Source: an uncultured bacterium (GTDB taxonomy: Bacteria; Patescibacteriota; Minisyncoccia; Phycocordibacterales; GWA1-40-21). From it: DNA of 64,000 bases. Positions 27,855-37,231 of this stretch are shown piece by piece. Position 1 is the first letter of the stretch, and each line of letters begins with the position of its first letter. Location: positions 147,524 through 211,523 of the forward strand of contig CAIKXE010000004.1 of the NCBI GenBank assembly GCA_903831305.1. Reading direction: 5' to 3'. The notes beneath the pieces were generated by a model. That model made no database searches and was not told the origin of the DNA. It saw nothing but the letters and a program-made list of their open reading frames with translations. The position numbers and the translations under genes were made by a program.

Positions 27855-29123
27855 ATGAATTACAAAAAAACTATTCTAGATAATGGCTTACGAATAATCA
27901 CTGTACCGATGAAGGATAATCCCACGGTCACCGTTTTTGCCTTGGTAGAAGCGGGGTCAAAATATGAGACAAAGGAGAAAAACGGTATCTCACACTTTTT
28001 GGAGCATATGTGTTTTAAGGGGACAACAAGAAGGCCTAGTAATTCGGACATTAGTACGGAGCTGGATAATATCGGCTCGCACTATAATGCTTTTACTGGT
28101 GAGGAAATTACCGGTTATTATGCCAAGGCGCAGTTTGCTCATATTGATAAATTGCTAGACGTGATAACGGATATGTATTTGAACCCATTGTTTGTTGAAA
28201 AAGAAATTGAAAAGGAAAAGGGGGTGATTATTGAAGAAATAAATATGTATGAGGATTTACCCCAGCGTAAAGTGCAGAATTTATTTACGGAATTAGTGTA
28301 TGGTGATCAGCCGGCTGGTTATGATATCGCTGGCCCTAAGGAAAATATCAAGGGCATGACTCAGGTAGATTTTATTAATTATAGAAATAAATTTTACACC
28401 GCCCCGGCCACTACTATCATAGTGGCAGGAAATTTTGGGGAAGAAAAAGTGGTTGCCGATGTTACTCGGATATTTTCCGTTTTACCTAAAGTGGGAAAGG
28501 GGACTAAGCTCCCAGTCAATGAAGGTCAAGTCAAACCCGCCGTTTCCTTATTTAAAAAGGAAACGGATCAAACGCATTTAGTTTTAGGGGTTCGGACTTT
28601 TGACCTTTATGATAAGAGAGATAAAGTGATGGATGTACTCGTGGGGGTACTTGACGCCGGGATGAGTTCCAGATTATTTAAAAAATTACGAGACGAGATG
28701 GGGGTATGTTATTATGTGAGTGCCGGTAATCAGGGTTTTACGGATCACGGCTTGTTTTCAGTCAGTGCTGGGGTAGATAATCTGCGGGTGAAGGAAGTGA
28801 TCAAGGTGATTTTAGGGGAGTTGAATAAATTTAAAACTGAATTGGTTTCTCCAGAGGAATTACAAAAAGTAAAACAGAATTTAGTCGGTACTATGTATTT
28901 GGGGCTAGAGTCCTCAGATTCATTGGCTCGGTTTTACGGTGGACAGGAGATTATGAATAAGGTTATAAAAAAACCAGAAGAAATAAAGGCAGAAATAGAG
29001 TCTATCACGGCCGAGGAAATAATGAGCTTGGCTAAGGAAGTATTTGTGGATAAGGGTCTAAACCTGGCACTGGTAGGGCGCTTTGAAGATAAGGGTGAGT
29101 TTGAAAATATTCTTAAATTTTAA
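27855..29123 (+). CDS. M16-family (pitrilysin-like) zinc peptidase
   Basis: Inverted zinc motif HFLEH, NAFT, SSRLF..LR. Confidence 0.93.
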   Translation: MNYKKTILDNGLRIITVPMKDNPTVTVFALVEAGSKYETKEKNGISHFLEHMCFKGTTRRPSNSDISTELDNIGSHYNAFTGEEITGYYAKAQFAHIDKLLDVITDMYLNPLFVEKEIEKEKGVIIEEINMYEDLPQRKVQNLFTELVYGDQPAGYDIAGPKENIKGMTQVDFINYRNKFYTAPATTIIVAGNFGEEKVVADVTRIFSVLPKVGKGTKLPVNEGQVKPAVSLFKKETDQTHLVLGVRTFDLYDKRDKVMDVLVGVLDAGMSSRLFKKLRDEMGVCYYVSAGNQGFTDHGLFSVSAGVDNLRVKEVIKVILGELNKFKTELVSPEELQKVKQNLVGTMYLGLESSDSLARFYGGQEIMNKVIKKPEEIKAEIESITAEEIMSLAKEVFVDKGLNLALVGRFEDKGEFENILKF

Positions 29124-29146
29124 TTAATTTGTGCTATAATAGAGAT

Positions 29147-30289
29147 ATGGAGAAACCAGAGAAAAATATCAGTATAAATATTAGTTCTGTGGTTATTATT
29201 AAGACCTTGGTCATTCTGGTGGTGGCCTTTCTCTTGTATCAGTTACTGGATATTGTACTCGTGGTGCTTACAGCGGTGGTTATCGCTTCAGCCGTGGAGC
29301 CGGTAATTTTGTGGTTTGGAAAATACCGAGTAAATAGATTGTTTTCAGTTTTAATAACTTATATCTGCGTGGTCCTGACTTTTGCTGGTTTATTGTACTT
29401 TTTTATTCCACCAGTATTAGATGAAGCCTCAAACCTTTTAAGCACCGCTCCCAAATATCTAGATTCTATTACTTTATGGAATCCATTGAATGATGCTAAA
29501 TTGACGGAAACCAGTAAATTAGCCGGTGGTTTGTCAGATGGTCTGAATAGTAGTAAACAGTTTATCGGTAGTTTGTCTCAAGGTGGAAGTTCATCGGTTA
29601 TCACTGATCTGGTTGCCAAATTTAAGGGGATTACCGCCAATACGTCAGATGGGGTGATAAATATCGCTTCCAATATTTTTGGAGGGGCCTTTTCTTTTAT
29701 TTTGATTATTGTTTTGTCTTTCTATCTGGCTGTGCAGGAGGGGGGAGTAGAGAAATTTTTGAAGATAATTACCCCACTCAAGAGTGAAGCCTATGTCGTG
29801 GGTCTGTGGAAAAGGTCACAGAAGAAAATTGGTTTATGGATGCAGGGGCAGCTGGTCCTTGGTTTACTCGTGGGGGTTTTGGTTTACCTTGGCCTCATGA
29901 TCCTTGGTGTCCAGAATGCTCTGGTTCTGGCGGTTCTCGCCGGAGCCTTGGAGGTTATTCCTTATTTTGGTCCCATCCTCTCCGCTATTCCAGCCATCCT
30001 TTTTGGCTATACGGACGGGGGTGTGACTATGGGTCTTATGGTGCTTGGCCTGTTTGTTATTATTCAACAGTTTGAAAATCATTTGATATATCCTTTGGTG
30101 GTAAAGAAAGTGGTGGGTGTATCACCTATCATCGTTATTCTGGCCTTGATTGTGGGAGCCAAGTTTGCGGGTTTCCTGGGTATCCTTTTGTCTGTCCCGG
30201 TTACCTCGGCTTTTATGGAATTTATTGATGATGTGCAGAAAGATAAAGAAGATATTGCTGAGCATAAGACGACCGGTCACTTAGCCTAA
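29147..30289 (+). CDS. AI-2E family transporter
   Basis: Multiple TMs, IPYFGP, QQFENHLIYP, G.LGILLSVP. Confidence 0.9.
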   Translation: MEKPEKNISINISSVVIIKTLVILVVAFLLYQLLDIVLVVLTAVVIASAVEPVILWFGKYRVNRLFSVLITYICVVLTFAGLLYFFIPPVLDEASNLLSTAPKYLDSITLWNPLNDAKLTETSKLAGGLSDGLNSSKQFIGSLSQGGSSSVITDLVAKFKGITANTSDGVINIASNIFGGAFSFILIIVLSFYLAVQEGGVEKFLKIITPLKSEAYVVGLWKRSQKKIGLWMQGQLVLGLLVGVLVYLGLMILGVQNALVLAVLAGALEVIPYFGPILSAIPAILFGYTDGGVTMGLMVLGLFVIIQQFENHLIYPLVVKKVVGVSPIIVILALIVGAKFAGFLGILLSVPVTSAFMEFIDDVQKDKEDIAEHKTTGHLA

Positions 30290-30292
30290 ATT

Positions 30293-31747
30293 ATGTCTAA
30301 GAATTTTTACATTACCACCACGCTACCATACGTTAATGCCGAGGCTCATATGGGTCATGCTTTAGAGATGGTTCGGGCTGACGTTATTGCCCGGTATAAG
30401 AAACTCACTGGTTTTAATGTTTTTTTTAATACCGGTACGGATGAGCACGGCCAAAAGATTTATCAAAAGGCCCTGGAGAATAATCAAGCCCCAAAGGAGT
30501 ATACTGATTTTTATGCTGCCAAATTTCAGGATCTTCTAAAATTACTTGGTATCACCGAGACAGAGGGGATTACGCGCAATTTTATCCGGACCACAGATGA
30601 GAAACACATTACTTCCGCGCAGGCTTTCTGGAAAGTATGTGAGGAAAATGGTTTTATCTATAAAAAAAATTATCAGATAAAGTATTGTGTGGGGTGTGAG
30701 TTGGAAAAAACTGATTCTGATCTGGTGGATGGTAAGTGTCCGGACCACCCTAATCGCGAGCTCGAGATCCGCGATGAAGAAAATTATTTTTTCAAATTCT
30801 CGGAGTTTCAGAAACCTTTGCTAGAGTTTTATGCTAAAAATCCTAACTTTGTTATTCCGGATTTTCGCTTAAAGGAAATCAAAACTTTTGTAGAGGCCGG
30901 TCTGTCTGACTTTAGTATTTCTCGGTTGAAGAGTAAAATGCCTTGGGGTATAGCCGTACCAGGAGACGAAAACCAAGTGATGTATGTGTGGTTTGATGCC
31001 TTGGTGAACTATATTTCCGCTATTGGCTGGCCGTCTGATCTTGAGAATTTTACTAAGTGGCAGGTAGAGACCGGAGGGGTGGTGCAATACTGTGGCAAAG
31101 ATAATTTGCGTCAACAAACTGCCATGTGGCAAGCCATGCTTATGGCGGCGGGACTACCTAATTCTAAGGCCGTGGTGGTGGATGGCTTTGTGACGGGGGC
31201 GGGTGGGGTAAAGATGGGTAAGTCCTTGGGTAATGGTATTGACCCCGTAGAGCTAATAAAGGAATATGGCACGGATGCTATGCGTTATTTTGTCACACGC
31301 GAGCTCCATGCTTTTGAGGATACCGCCATGACCGTGGAGATGTTTAAAGAGGCTTATAATGCTAATCTGGCCAATGGTTTGGGTAATCTGGTGAGCCGGG
31401 TGATGAAGATGGCGGAAACAAATCTGGCCGGTCCCGTCTCCCTTTCAGAAAATATTTTGCCTCAAGATTTTGTTAATTTGCTAGAAAAATTTGAAATCCA
31501 AAAAGCCGTGGATTTGGTCTGGCAGAAAATAGCCGAGGCTGATAAATTGATTCAGGAGAAACAACCATTCAAATTAGTGAAGACTGATAAAGAAGCGGGG
31601 ACTAGGATAATTGAGGATCTGGTAATCAGGCTGGAAGTGGTGGCAAGTATGCTTGTGCCGGTTATACCAGAGACGGCGGAGAAGATTAAAAATTTAATTA
31701 GAACAAATAAATCTCCAGAAGCACCACTGTTTTTAAGAAAGGATTAG
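30293..31747 (+). CDS. metG: Methionine--tRNA ligase
   Basis: TTTLPYVN..HMGH, GTDEHGQK, YVWFDAL.NY, KMGKSLGN. Confidence 0.96.
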   Translation: MSKNFYITTTLPYVNAEAHMGHALEMVRADVIARYKKLTGFNVFFNTGTDEHGQKIYQKALENNQAPKEYTDFYAAKFQDLLKLLGITETEGITRNFIRTTDEKHITSAQAFWKVCEENGFIYKKNYQIKYCVGCELEKTDSDLVDGKCPDHPNRELEIRDEENYFFKFSEFQKPLLEFYAKNPNFVIPDFRLKEIKTFVEAGLSDFSISRLKSKMPWGIAVPGDENQVMYVWFDALVNYISAIGWPSDLENFTKWQVETGGVVQYCGKDNLRQQTAMWQAMLMAAGLPNSKAVVVDGFVTGAGGVKMGKSLGNGIDPVELIKEYGTDAMRYFVTRELHAFEDTAMTVEMFKEAYNANLANGLGNLVSRVMKMAETNLAGPVSLSENILPQDFVNLLEKFEIQKAVDLVWQKIAEADKLIQEKQPFKLVKTDKEAGTRIIEDLVIRLEVVASMLVPVIPETAEKIKNLIRTNKSPEAPLFLRKD

Positions 31748-31750
31748 ATT

Positions 31751-32563
31751 ATGAAATATATTGATATTCACTCGCATTTGGGCTTTGAAGACTATGGTCC
31801 GGATCAAAAGGGGGTAATTGCCAGGATGAAAGAATCTGGAGTGGGGACTATTGCTGTAGGGGCGGATTTGGCCAGCTCAATTGAAGCCATTAAAGTAGCC
31901 GAGGAGAATGAAAATGTCTGGGCGTGCATTGGCCAGCACCCAACCCATAATGTCTCGAAAACGGACTTTCACCATGGTGAAAGTTCTGAAGTAAGCCATG
32001 GCTTACTTGGGTTTGATGAAGTGGAGTTTGAAAAGCTGGTAAAAAATCCTAAAGTGGTGGCGATCGGGGAATGTGGTTTGGAATATTATAAGTTGGAAGG
32101 GGATATTGAGAAAATAAAAGTCAAACAAAAAGCAGATTTTATTAAGCAAATAAAATTTGCGATTAAATATGATAAGCCACTAATGCTTCATATTCGTGAC
32201 GCTTTTGATGATGCTTATGATATTTTGAAAGAGTATCAGGGACAAGTGAGAGGGGATGTACATTTCTTCACCGGCAAGCTTCCTCAGGCTTTGAAATTCA
32301 TTGAACTTGGTTTTACTATCTCTTTTACTGGTCTTATCACCTATGTCCAGGACTTTGATAAAATTATTAAAAACGTGCCCTTGGAGGCCCTCCAGGCGGA
32401 GACGGATGCCCCTTACGTGGCCCCGGTGCCTCACCGTGGCACGCGTAATGAGCCGGCGTATGTTATACCAGTTTACCAAAAAATCGCCGAAATCCGGGGT
32501 GAAGAACCCGAAAAAGTCCGCCTCCAGCTCCTCGAGAATGCTAAAAGGCTGTTTGGAGTTTAA
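31751..32563 (+). CDS. tatD: TatD-family nuclease
   Basis: DIHSH, AIGECGL, HIR, ETDAPY, RNEP; in-frame palindromic insert. Confidence 0.93.
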   Translation: MKYIDIHSHLGFEDYGPDQKGVIARMKESGVGTIAVGADLASSIEAIKVAEENENVWACIGQHPTHNVSKTDFHHGESSEVSHGLLGFDEVEFEKLVKNPKVVAIGECGLEYYKLEGDIEKIKVKQKADFIKQIKFAIKYDKPLMLHIRDAFDDAYDILKEYQGQVRGDVHFFTGKLPQALKFIELGFTISFTGLITYVQDFDKIIKNVPLEALQAETDAPYVAPVPHRGTRNEPAYVIPVYQKIAEIRGEEPEKVRLQLLENAKRLFGV

Positions 32564-32649
32564 TCTTTTCTTCTTGACCAATATTTATATTAGTATATTC
32601 TTGACGTAGATTCAGTTCCAAATCACCAATAGCTAGGGGAGAAACACTC

Positions 32650-32988
32650 ATGAGTCGTCGTCGTTGGTCTTATCGCCCAAGTATGCTTCGGCGGGAAGTG
32701 AAGGTCGATTCGCACGGTTTGTTCATTCACTATGGCGGATTCCGATACCGTCCACAAGGGGAGACAAAGGCGACGCCCACGGCACATGTTTTGCTCCACA
32801 GTCCCTTTCGCCGGGAGGATAATCTCGCCGTGGTGTCTATCGGTGGGAAGAACGAAACCTGGAAACAAGGAGGGACACCAAGAAATGAAGTGCCGTTTTT
32901 TAGCAAACGGATCCGTCTCACTGATCACTGTGCAGGCACTCGTCCTGACTTTGGTGATGTCATCATGGTGACACTTGTCAAACACTAG
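32650..32988 (+). CDS. Arg-rich hypothetical protein (stand-alone cassette)
   Basis: GGGGAG RBS, own terminator at 32994-33033, GC-richer than neighbours. Confidence 0.55.
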   Translation: MSRRRWSYRPSMLRREVKVDSHGLFIHYGGFRYRPQGETKATPTAHVLLHSPFRREDNLAVVSIGGKNETWKQGGTPRNEVPFFSKRIRLTDHCAGTRPDFGDVIMVTLVKH

Positions 32989-32993
32989 CTCGC

Positions 32994-33033
32994 GCGCACC
33001 GTTCTCCCGGGTTGGGGAATGGTGCGTTTTGTT
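32994..33033 (+). terminator. Intrinsic terminator
   Basis: CGCACCGTTCTCC-cgggtt-GGGGAATGGTGCG followed by TTTTGTTT. Confidence 0.75.
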
Positions 33034-33068
33034 TGATATTTTACTCCTTTTATGTTAAGGTTGGTTTT

Positions 33069-33569
33069 ATGGAAAAAGTCGAAACATTAGAAAAAGAGGG
33101 TGGTGTCCAGGTTTACGAACTTGGTTACCATATAGTTTCCACCGTCGCAGAGGAAAACTTGCCTAAGGAAGTAGAAACCCTTAAAGCAATTGTTCTTAAG
33201 GATGGAGGATCGCTGATAAGTCTCGGCGAACCAAAGCTTATTAACCTCGCTTACTCGATGACTAAGTCTGTCGCGGACATTAAGAAGAAATTCAACACAG
33301 CCTATTTTGGCTGGTTAAAGTTCGAGACTAAGTCAGAGCTAATGCCTATGATAAAGAAGGCCGTGGATGCCAATCCGCTTGTCCTTCGTTATCTACTCAT
33401 TAAGACCGTAAGGGAGAACACTTTGTATACGCCAAAGCTAAATAGCGTAAAAGTAGCGGATAAGGAGGCCCCTAAGGCCAAGAAATCCATCAAGACTGAT
33501 GAGAAGAAAGCCACTTCTCTTGAGGACATTGATAAGAGTATTGATGAATTAGTAGTGTCAGCAGAATAG
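33069..33569 (+). CDS. rpsF: 30S ribosomal protein S6 with C-terminal extension
   Basis: YELGY, LAYSM.K, AYFGW, VLRYLLIK; rpsF-ssb-rpsR order. Confidence 0.88.
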   Translation: MEKVETLEKEGGVQVYELGYHIVSTVAEENLPKEVETLKAIVLKDGGSLISLGEPKLINLAYSMTKSVADIKKKFNTAYFGWLKFETKSELMPMIKKAVDANPLVLRYLLIKTVRENTLYTPKLNSVKVADKEAPKAKKSIKTDEKKATSLEDIDKSIDELVVSAE

Positions 33570-33639
33570 TTATTAACGCGCCCTTTTCTAGGGTCTAATC
33601 GGTAGGGAGAAAAAACATAAAATTCTCTATCACAACGGC

Positions 33640-34107
33640 ATGTATCTTAACAAAGCGTTTCTTTATGGTAATCTCGTCAGAGACCCTGAGCTCAAGGCTC
33701 TACCTTCCGGTATCAAGGTGACTAATTTTTCTTTGGCCACTAACCGCACTTATAAGGATAAAGATGGCAATAAAAAGGAGACTACCGAGTATCACAATGT
33801 GGTGGCGTTTGGTAAGCAGGCCGAGCTCATTGAACAGTATTTGAAGAAGGGGCGAGGAATATTTGTGGAAGGACGCTTACAGACCAGGAGCTGGGATGAT
33901 AAGGCCACTAACACTAAGAAATACCGCACGGAAGTGATAGTGGAGAACTTCCAGTTTGGTCCAAGTGGTGCGCCAAGCACTGGGGGCGGAACTTATACCC
34001 CAAGTCAGACAGAAGGTGGGCCAAGTAGTGCTAGTAACAAGGCTGATAAGATAGATACCATAGAATACCCGACGGAAGAGATAAATCCAGAAGATATTCC
34101 ATTCTAA
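33640..34107 (+). CDS. ssb: Single-stranded DNA-binding protein
   Basis: NKAFLYGNL.RDPE, VEGRLQTRSW, C-terminal DIPF. Confidence 0.98.
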   Translation: MYLNKAFLYGNLVRDPELKALPSGIKVTNFSLATNRTYKDKDGNKKETTEYHNVVAFGKQAELIEQYLKKGRGIFVEGRLQTRSWDDKATNTKKYRTEVIVENFQFGPSGAPSTGGGTYTPSQTEGGPSSASNKADKIDTIEYPTEEINPEDIPF

Positions 34108-34179
34108 ATAAAGGTCAGAATTATTAAAAAATAAAATTACCCCACATCAAATAATAATTTGATTGGGCAAGTAAAAAAA

Positions 34180-34383
34180 ATGATTAAACAATGCTTTTTC
34201 TCACAAAATAATATAAAGTATGTGGACTATAAGGATTTGGACTTGATCAAGAAGTTCCTTAACCCACATGCTCGTATTATGAGCCGTAAGAAAACCGCTG
34301 TGGGTGCCAGAAGCCAACGTCAGTTAGCGGAGGCTATCAAGCGCGCTCGGTTCATGGGCTTACTACCGTATTTGTCTAGATAA
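34180..34383 (+). CDS. rpsR: 30S ribosomal protein S18
   Basis: VDYKD, QRQLAEAIKRARFMGLLPY. Confidence 0.97.
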   Translation: MIKQCFFSQNNIKYVDYKDLDLIKKFLNPHARIMSRKKTAVGARSQRQLAEAIKRARFMGLLPYLSR

Positions 34384-34391
34384 CTTCAAAT

Positions 34392-34434
34392 AAAAACACT
34401 CAAGGAGTATTCTCGGCACTCCTTGGGTGTTTTT
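34392..34434. terminator. Bidirectional terminator between rpsR and efp
   Basis: AAAAACACTCAAGGAGT..ACTCCTTGGGTGTTTTT. Confidence 0.75.
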
Positions 34435-34487
34435 AAATATATTTTACTTCTTCGCCAGATAAAGTGTGCGGAGCACTTCCACTAAAT

Positions 34488-34532
34488 CCCCACCTTTTCT
34501 AAGGCGGGGTGGCCTTCCTAGGCCGGGGCGGT
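34488..34532 (+). repeat. REP-like element (family A)
   Basis: CCCCACCTT-ttct-AAGGCGGGGTGGCC-ttccta-GGCCGGGGCGGT; matches 5563-5609. Confidence 0.75.
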
Positions 34533-34537
34533 GAGCG

Positions 34538-35122
34538 CTACTTTTTAGCGCGTTCTACGTACTCACCCGTTTGAGTATTGACCACCACGGTATCATTTTC
34601 ACTGACAAAGAGGGGAGCCATGATGATGGCGCCGGTTTCCAAGGTGATTTGCTTACTACCACCGGTGGCGGTGTCACCCTTCAGGGCAGGTGGGGCATCA
34701 GTCACTTTTAATTCTACTTTGATAGGTAACTTAGTTCCAATCATCATCCCTTCCTCCTCATCATCGGCGGTAAAGACTAATACTTCCGCAATGGAGTTTG
34801 GCTTGAGGAACTTGGCTTGATAACCAATCAGATTTTCGTCAATCTTAAATCTTTTGGCTGGATCCTTGGGGTCGGCAAACCAAAACTCACCTTTGTTGGT
34901 ATATAAAAACTTGGCTTCTTTGGTGGTAATATCCGCCTCTTCTACCTTTTCTGCCTGGTGAAAGCTCTGCTCGGTGATTTTACCAGTAATCATATTGCGC
35001 AGTTTGGTAGCATTTACCGGTTTACGCATCTGCTTTCTAAAGACATGAGAAGACAGCACCTCATAAGGCTCATTATTAAAGATAATATACTTTCGCTCCA
35101 CGATTTCACTGTATTCAAGCAT
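34538..35122 (-). CDS. efp: Elongation factor P
   Basis: KLRNMITG, P..KGDTA, LETG....P.F, VNTQTGEYVER. Confidence 0.92.
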   Translation of the reverse strand: MLEYSEIVERKYIIFNNEPYEVLSSHVFRKQMRKPVNATKLRNMITGKITEQSFHQAEKVEEADITTKEAKFLYTNKGEFWFADPKDPAKRFKIDENLIGYQAKFLKPNSIAEVLVFTADDEEEGMMIGTKLPIKVELKVTDAPPALKGDTATGGSKQITLETGAIIMAPLFVSENDTVVVNTQTGEYVERAKK

Positions 35123-35209
35123 GGGACTATCTTATACAAAATAAGGCTATTTTGCAAGAGAAAAGGCTCGGACATTTTAAAATCTAATAACCAGGGCTTT
35201 TAAGGTAGC

Positions 35210-35347
35210 TTACATAATATGCGTTAGAATACCTTTTAGACCGATTACAATAAGTAAGATAGCGATGACAGATAGGGCGGGGTAGTAAACAGCCGTAAAA
35301 GCTAAAAGCGGGCCAGTGACCATACAGGTAATCCAAATATGCTCCAT
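35210..35347 (-). CDS. Small hydrophobic membrane protein (45 aa; not in the ORF track)
   Basis: MEHIWITCMVTGPLLAFTAVYYPALSVIAILLIVIGLKGILTHIM; fills the recA-efp gap in the same orientation. Confidence 0.5.
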   Translation of the reverse strand: MEHIWITCMVTGPLLAFTAVYYPALSVIAILLIVIGLKGILTHIM

Positions 35348-35371
35348 CTTAATTTTCCTAAGGTGTTTCAT

Positions 35372-36433
35372 TTATTCTTCAGTGGCTGGGACAGCTAATC
35401 CTCCGTCCTTTAGTCTTTCTTTAATTTCTTTTAGGATTTTATCGGCCACTACTTTATTTTCTTTACTCTTTAAGAACTGTCTGGTGGCGTCATAACCACG
35501 GCCCAGCTTTTTCTGCTCTTCTTTTTCGGTGGTTGCCCATTCATAAGACATACCGGCTTTCTTTATAATCCCTAGCTTTTCTCCCAAAGCAATCATCTCA
35601 CCCTCAGTGGATATTCCCTCGTTATACATCAGATCAAATTCAGTTTGTTTAAATGGGGCGGCTACTTTATTTTTAACTACCTTTACACGAATCCGGCCAC
35701 CCATAATCTCTTCACCTTTTTTAATCTGCGCAATACGGCGGATGTCTAAACGAACAGAAGTATAAAACTTTAAGGCCTTACCGCCGGGGGTAGTCTCGGG
35801 ATTACCAAACATCACCCCTATCTGCATGCGGATCTGGTTGATAAAGATGACGATAGTTTTGCTTTTGGCCACAATGGCGGTTAGTTTACGTAAAGCTTGA
35901 GACATCAGTCTGGCTTGCTTACCCATATGCTGGGCACCCATATCACCCTCAATCTCGTCTTTAGGGGTAAGGGCGGCTACGGAGTCTATAACTATCACGT
36001 CCATCTTGCCGGAGCGCACTAGGGACTCTACAATCTCCAGTCCTTGTTCACCATTGTCTGGTTGGGAAATGAGTAGTTCATCTATCTTTACGCCGATCTT
36101 TCTGGCATATTCTGGGTCCATAGCATGTTCAGCATCAATATAAGCACAGAGACCGTTTAATTTTTGAGCCTCGGCTACTACATGAAGAGCGAGGGTGGTT
36201 TTACCAGAAGATTCTGGCCCAAAGATCTCAATGATTCGGCCACGGGGGAGTCCACCCACGCCAAGTGCGGCATCCAGGCCGATGGAACCAGTGGAGATGG
36301 CGTTCACATCTACTCGCGGTTTTTCACCGAGCTTCATGATAGAATCATCACCAAACTTTGTCCGGATTTCATCCAATGTAGAATCAATATTTGCCCCTAG
36401 TACCTTTGGCTCCTTTTTTTCTTTTTTTATCAT
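35372..36433 (-). CDS. recA: Recombinase RecA
   Basis: [38 protein letters not shown]. Confidence 0.99.
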   Translation of the reverse strand: MIKKEKKEPKVLGANIDSTLDEIRTKFGDDSIMKLGEKPRVDVNAISTGSIGLDAALGVGGLPRGRIIEIFGPESSGKTTLALHVVAEAQKLNGLCAYIDAEHAMDPEYARKIGVKIDELLISQPDNGEQGLEIVESLVRSGKMDVIVIDSVAALTPKDEIEGDMGAQHMGKQARLMSQALRKLTAIVAKSKTIVIFINQIRMQIGVMFGNPETTPGGKALKFYTSVRLDIRRIAQIKKGEEIMGGRIRVKVVKNKVAAPFKQTEFDLMYNEGISTEGEMIALGEKLGIIKKAGMSYEWATTEKEEQKKLGRGYDATRQFLKSKENKVVADKILKEIKERLKDGGLAVPATEE

Positions 36434-36447
36434 TTTTTTCTTTTTTT

Positions 36448-36539
36448 TGAGACTAGGAAATGTTTAATTTTAAAATGTCTGGCCGAAGTTCTGACGAGGA
36501 GATCCGAGGACTTTTAAAATTAAACATTTCCTAGTCTCA
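36448..36539. repeat. Long perfect inverted repeat (~28-bp arms) immediately upstream of recA
   Basis: TGAGACTAGGAAATGTTTAATTTTAAAA..TTTTAAAATTAAACATTTCCTAGTCTCA around a GC-richer loop. Confidence 0.85.
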
Positions 36540-36548
36540 GTTATTAAA

Positions 36549-36836
36549 TTATTTCTTCTTTTTCTTTTTATCTTGTTCAAAGATCCAGAGGATAAAAACA
36601 ATACCGACGAAAATAGATAGAGGGGCAAAGTAGTAGGTGAGCCAGGGCTGATCTCTCATATTGGTGATGACGTAGTTACCTTTTCCAAACAGTTGCTCTT
36701 CCATAAAGCCCTGAATCGAGGCCAAGAGAAACATCACTGGTGTTGTGCCGGTTGTTAATAACAACATATAAAGCAAAACACCTATTACTCCATCTTTTAT
36801 TAAACCCGACCATTTTGTCCAAAATTTCATTTTCAT
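36549..36836 (-). CDS. Hypothetical membrane protein
   Basis: Two hydrophobic segments, poly-Lys tail. Confidence 0.65.
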   Translation of the reverse strand: MKMKFWTKWSGLIKDGVIGVLLYMLLLTTGTTPVMFLLASIQGFMEEQLFGKGNYVITNMRDQPWLTYYFAPLSIFVGIVFILWIFEQDKKKKKK

Positions 36837-36872
36837 TTCATTAACTTTTTATAAGAACATTATATCATATTC

Positions 36873-37223
36873 TTATTTATAAACTATTTGAAGTTTTTTC
36901 TCTGTCGTCTTACCAAAGCGGTCGCGGGCCTCTAGATCTAGGATATTATAGCCATAGGATAGTAAAATCTTTTCTGAGAAGCGGCCGCTTTCATCTACCA
37001 CTATCGGCCGGTCATTTAGGGTGATTTCTTTGGTGTTTTTACCCTGTCCCTCGATAGAAATCAGGGATTCTGATACGGATACACCATTTTCGGGAGAGAA
37101 AATTGTTATTTGAGGTCCCGTCGCATATTTCCACACCTCAAAAATACTATAACCAAAAAGACAGATTAAAAATAGGGTGATGATAATGACTTTGAAATAA
37201 AATTTTGTTTCGCGTCTGGACAT
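36873..37223 (-). CDS. Small membrane-anchored Ig-like domain protein
   Basis: N-terminal TM, P.ITI.SP.NG, I.LN...I.VD.SG.F, GYN...LEARDRFG. Confidence 0.7.
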   Translation of the reverse strand: MSRRETKFYFKVIIITLFLICLFGYSIFEVWKYATGPQITIFSPENGVSVSESLISIEGQGKNTKEITLNDRPIVVDESGRFSEKILLSYGYNILDLEARDRFGKTTEKKLQIVYK

Positions 37224-37231
37224 TTTATTTG

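Noticed and set aside
31209-31230. KMGKS in place of KMSKS in MetRS
   Set aside because: A tolerated variant of the class I signature; no sign of inactivation.
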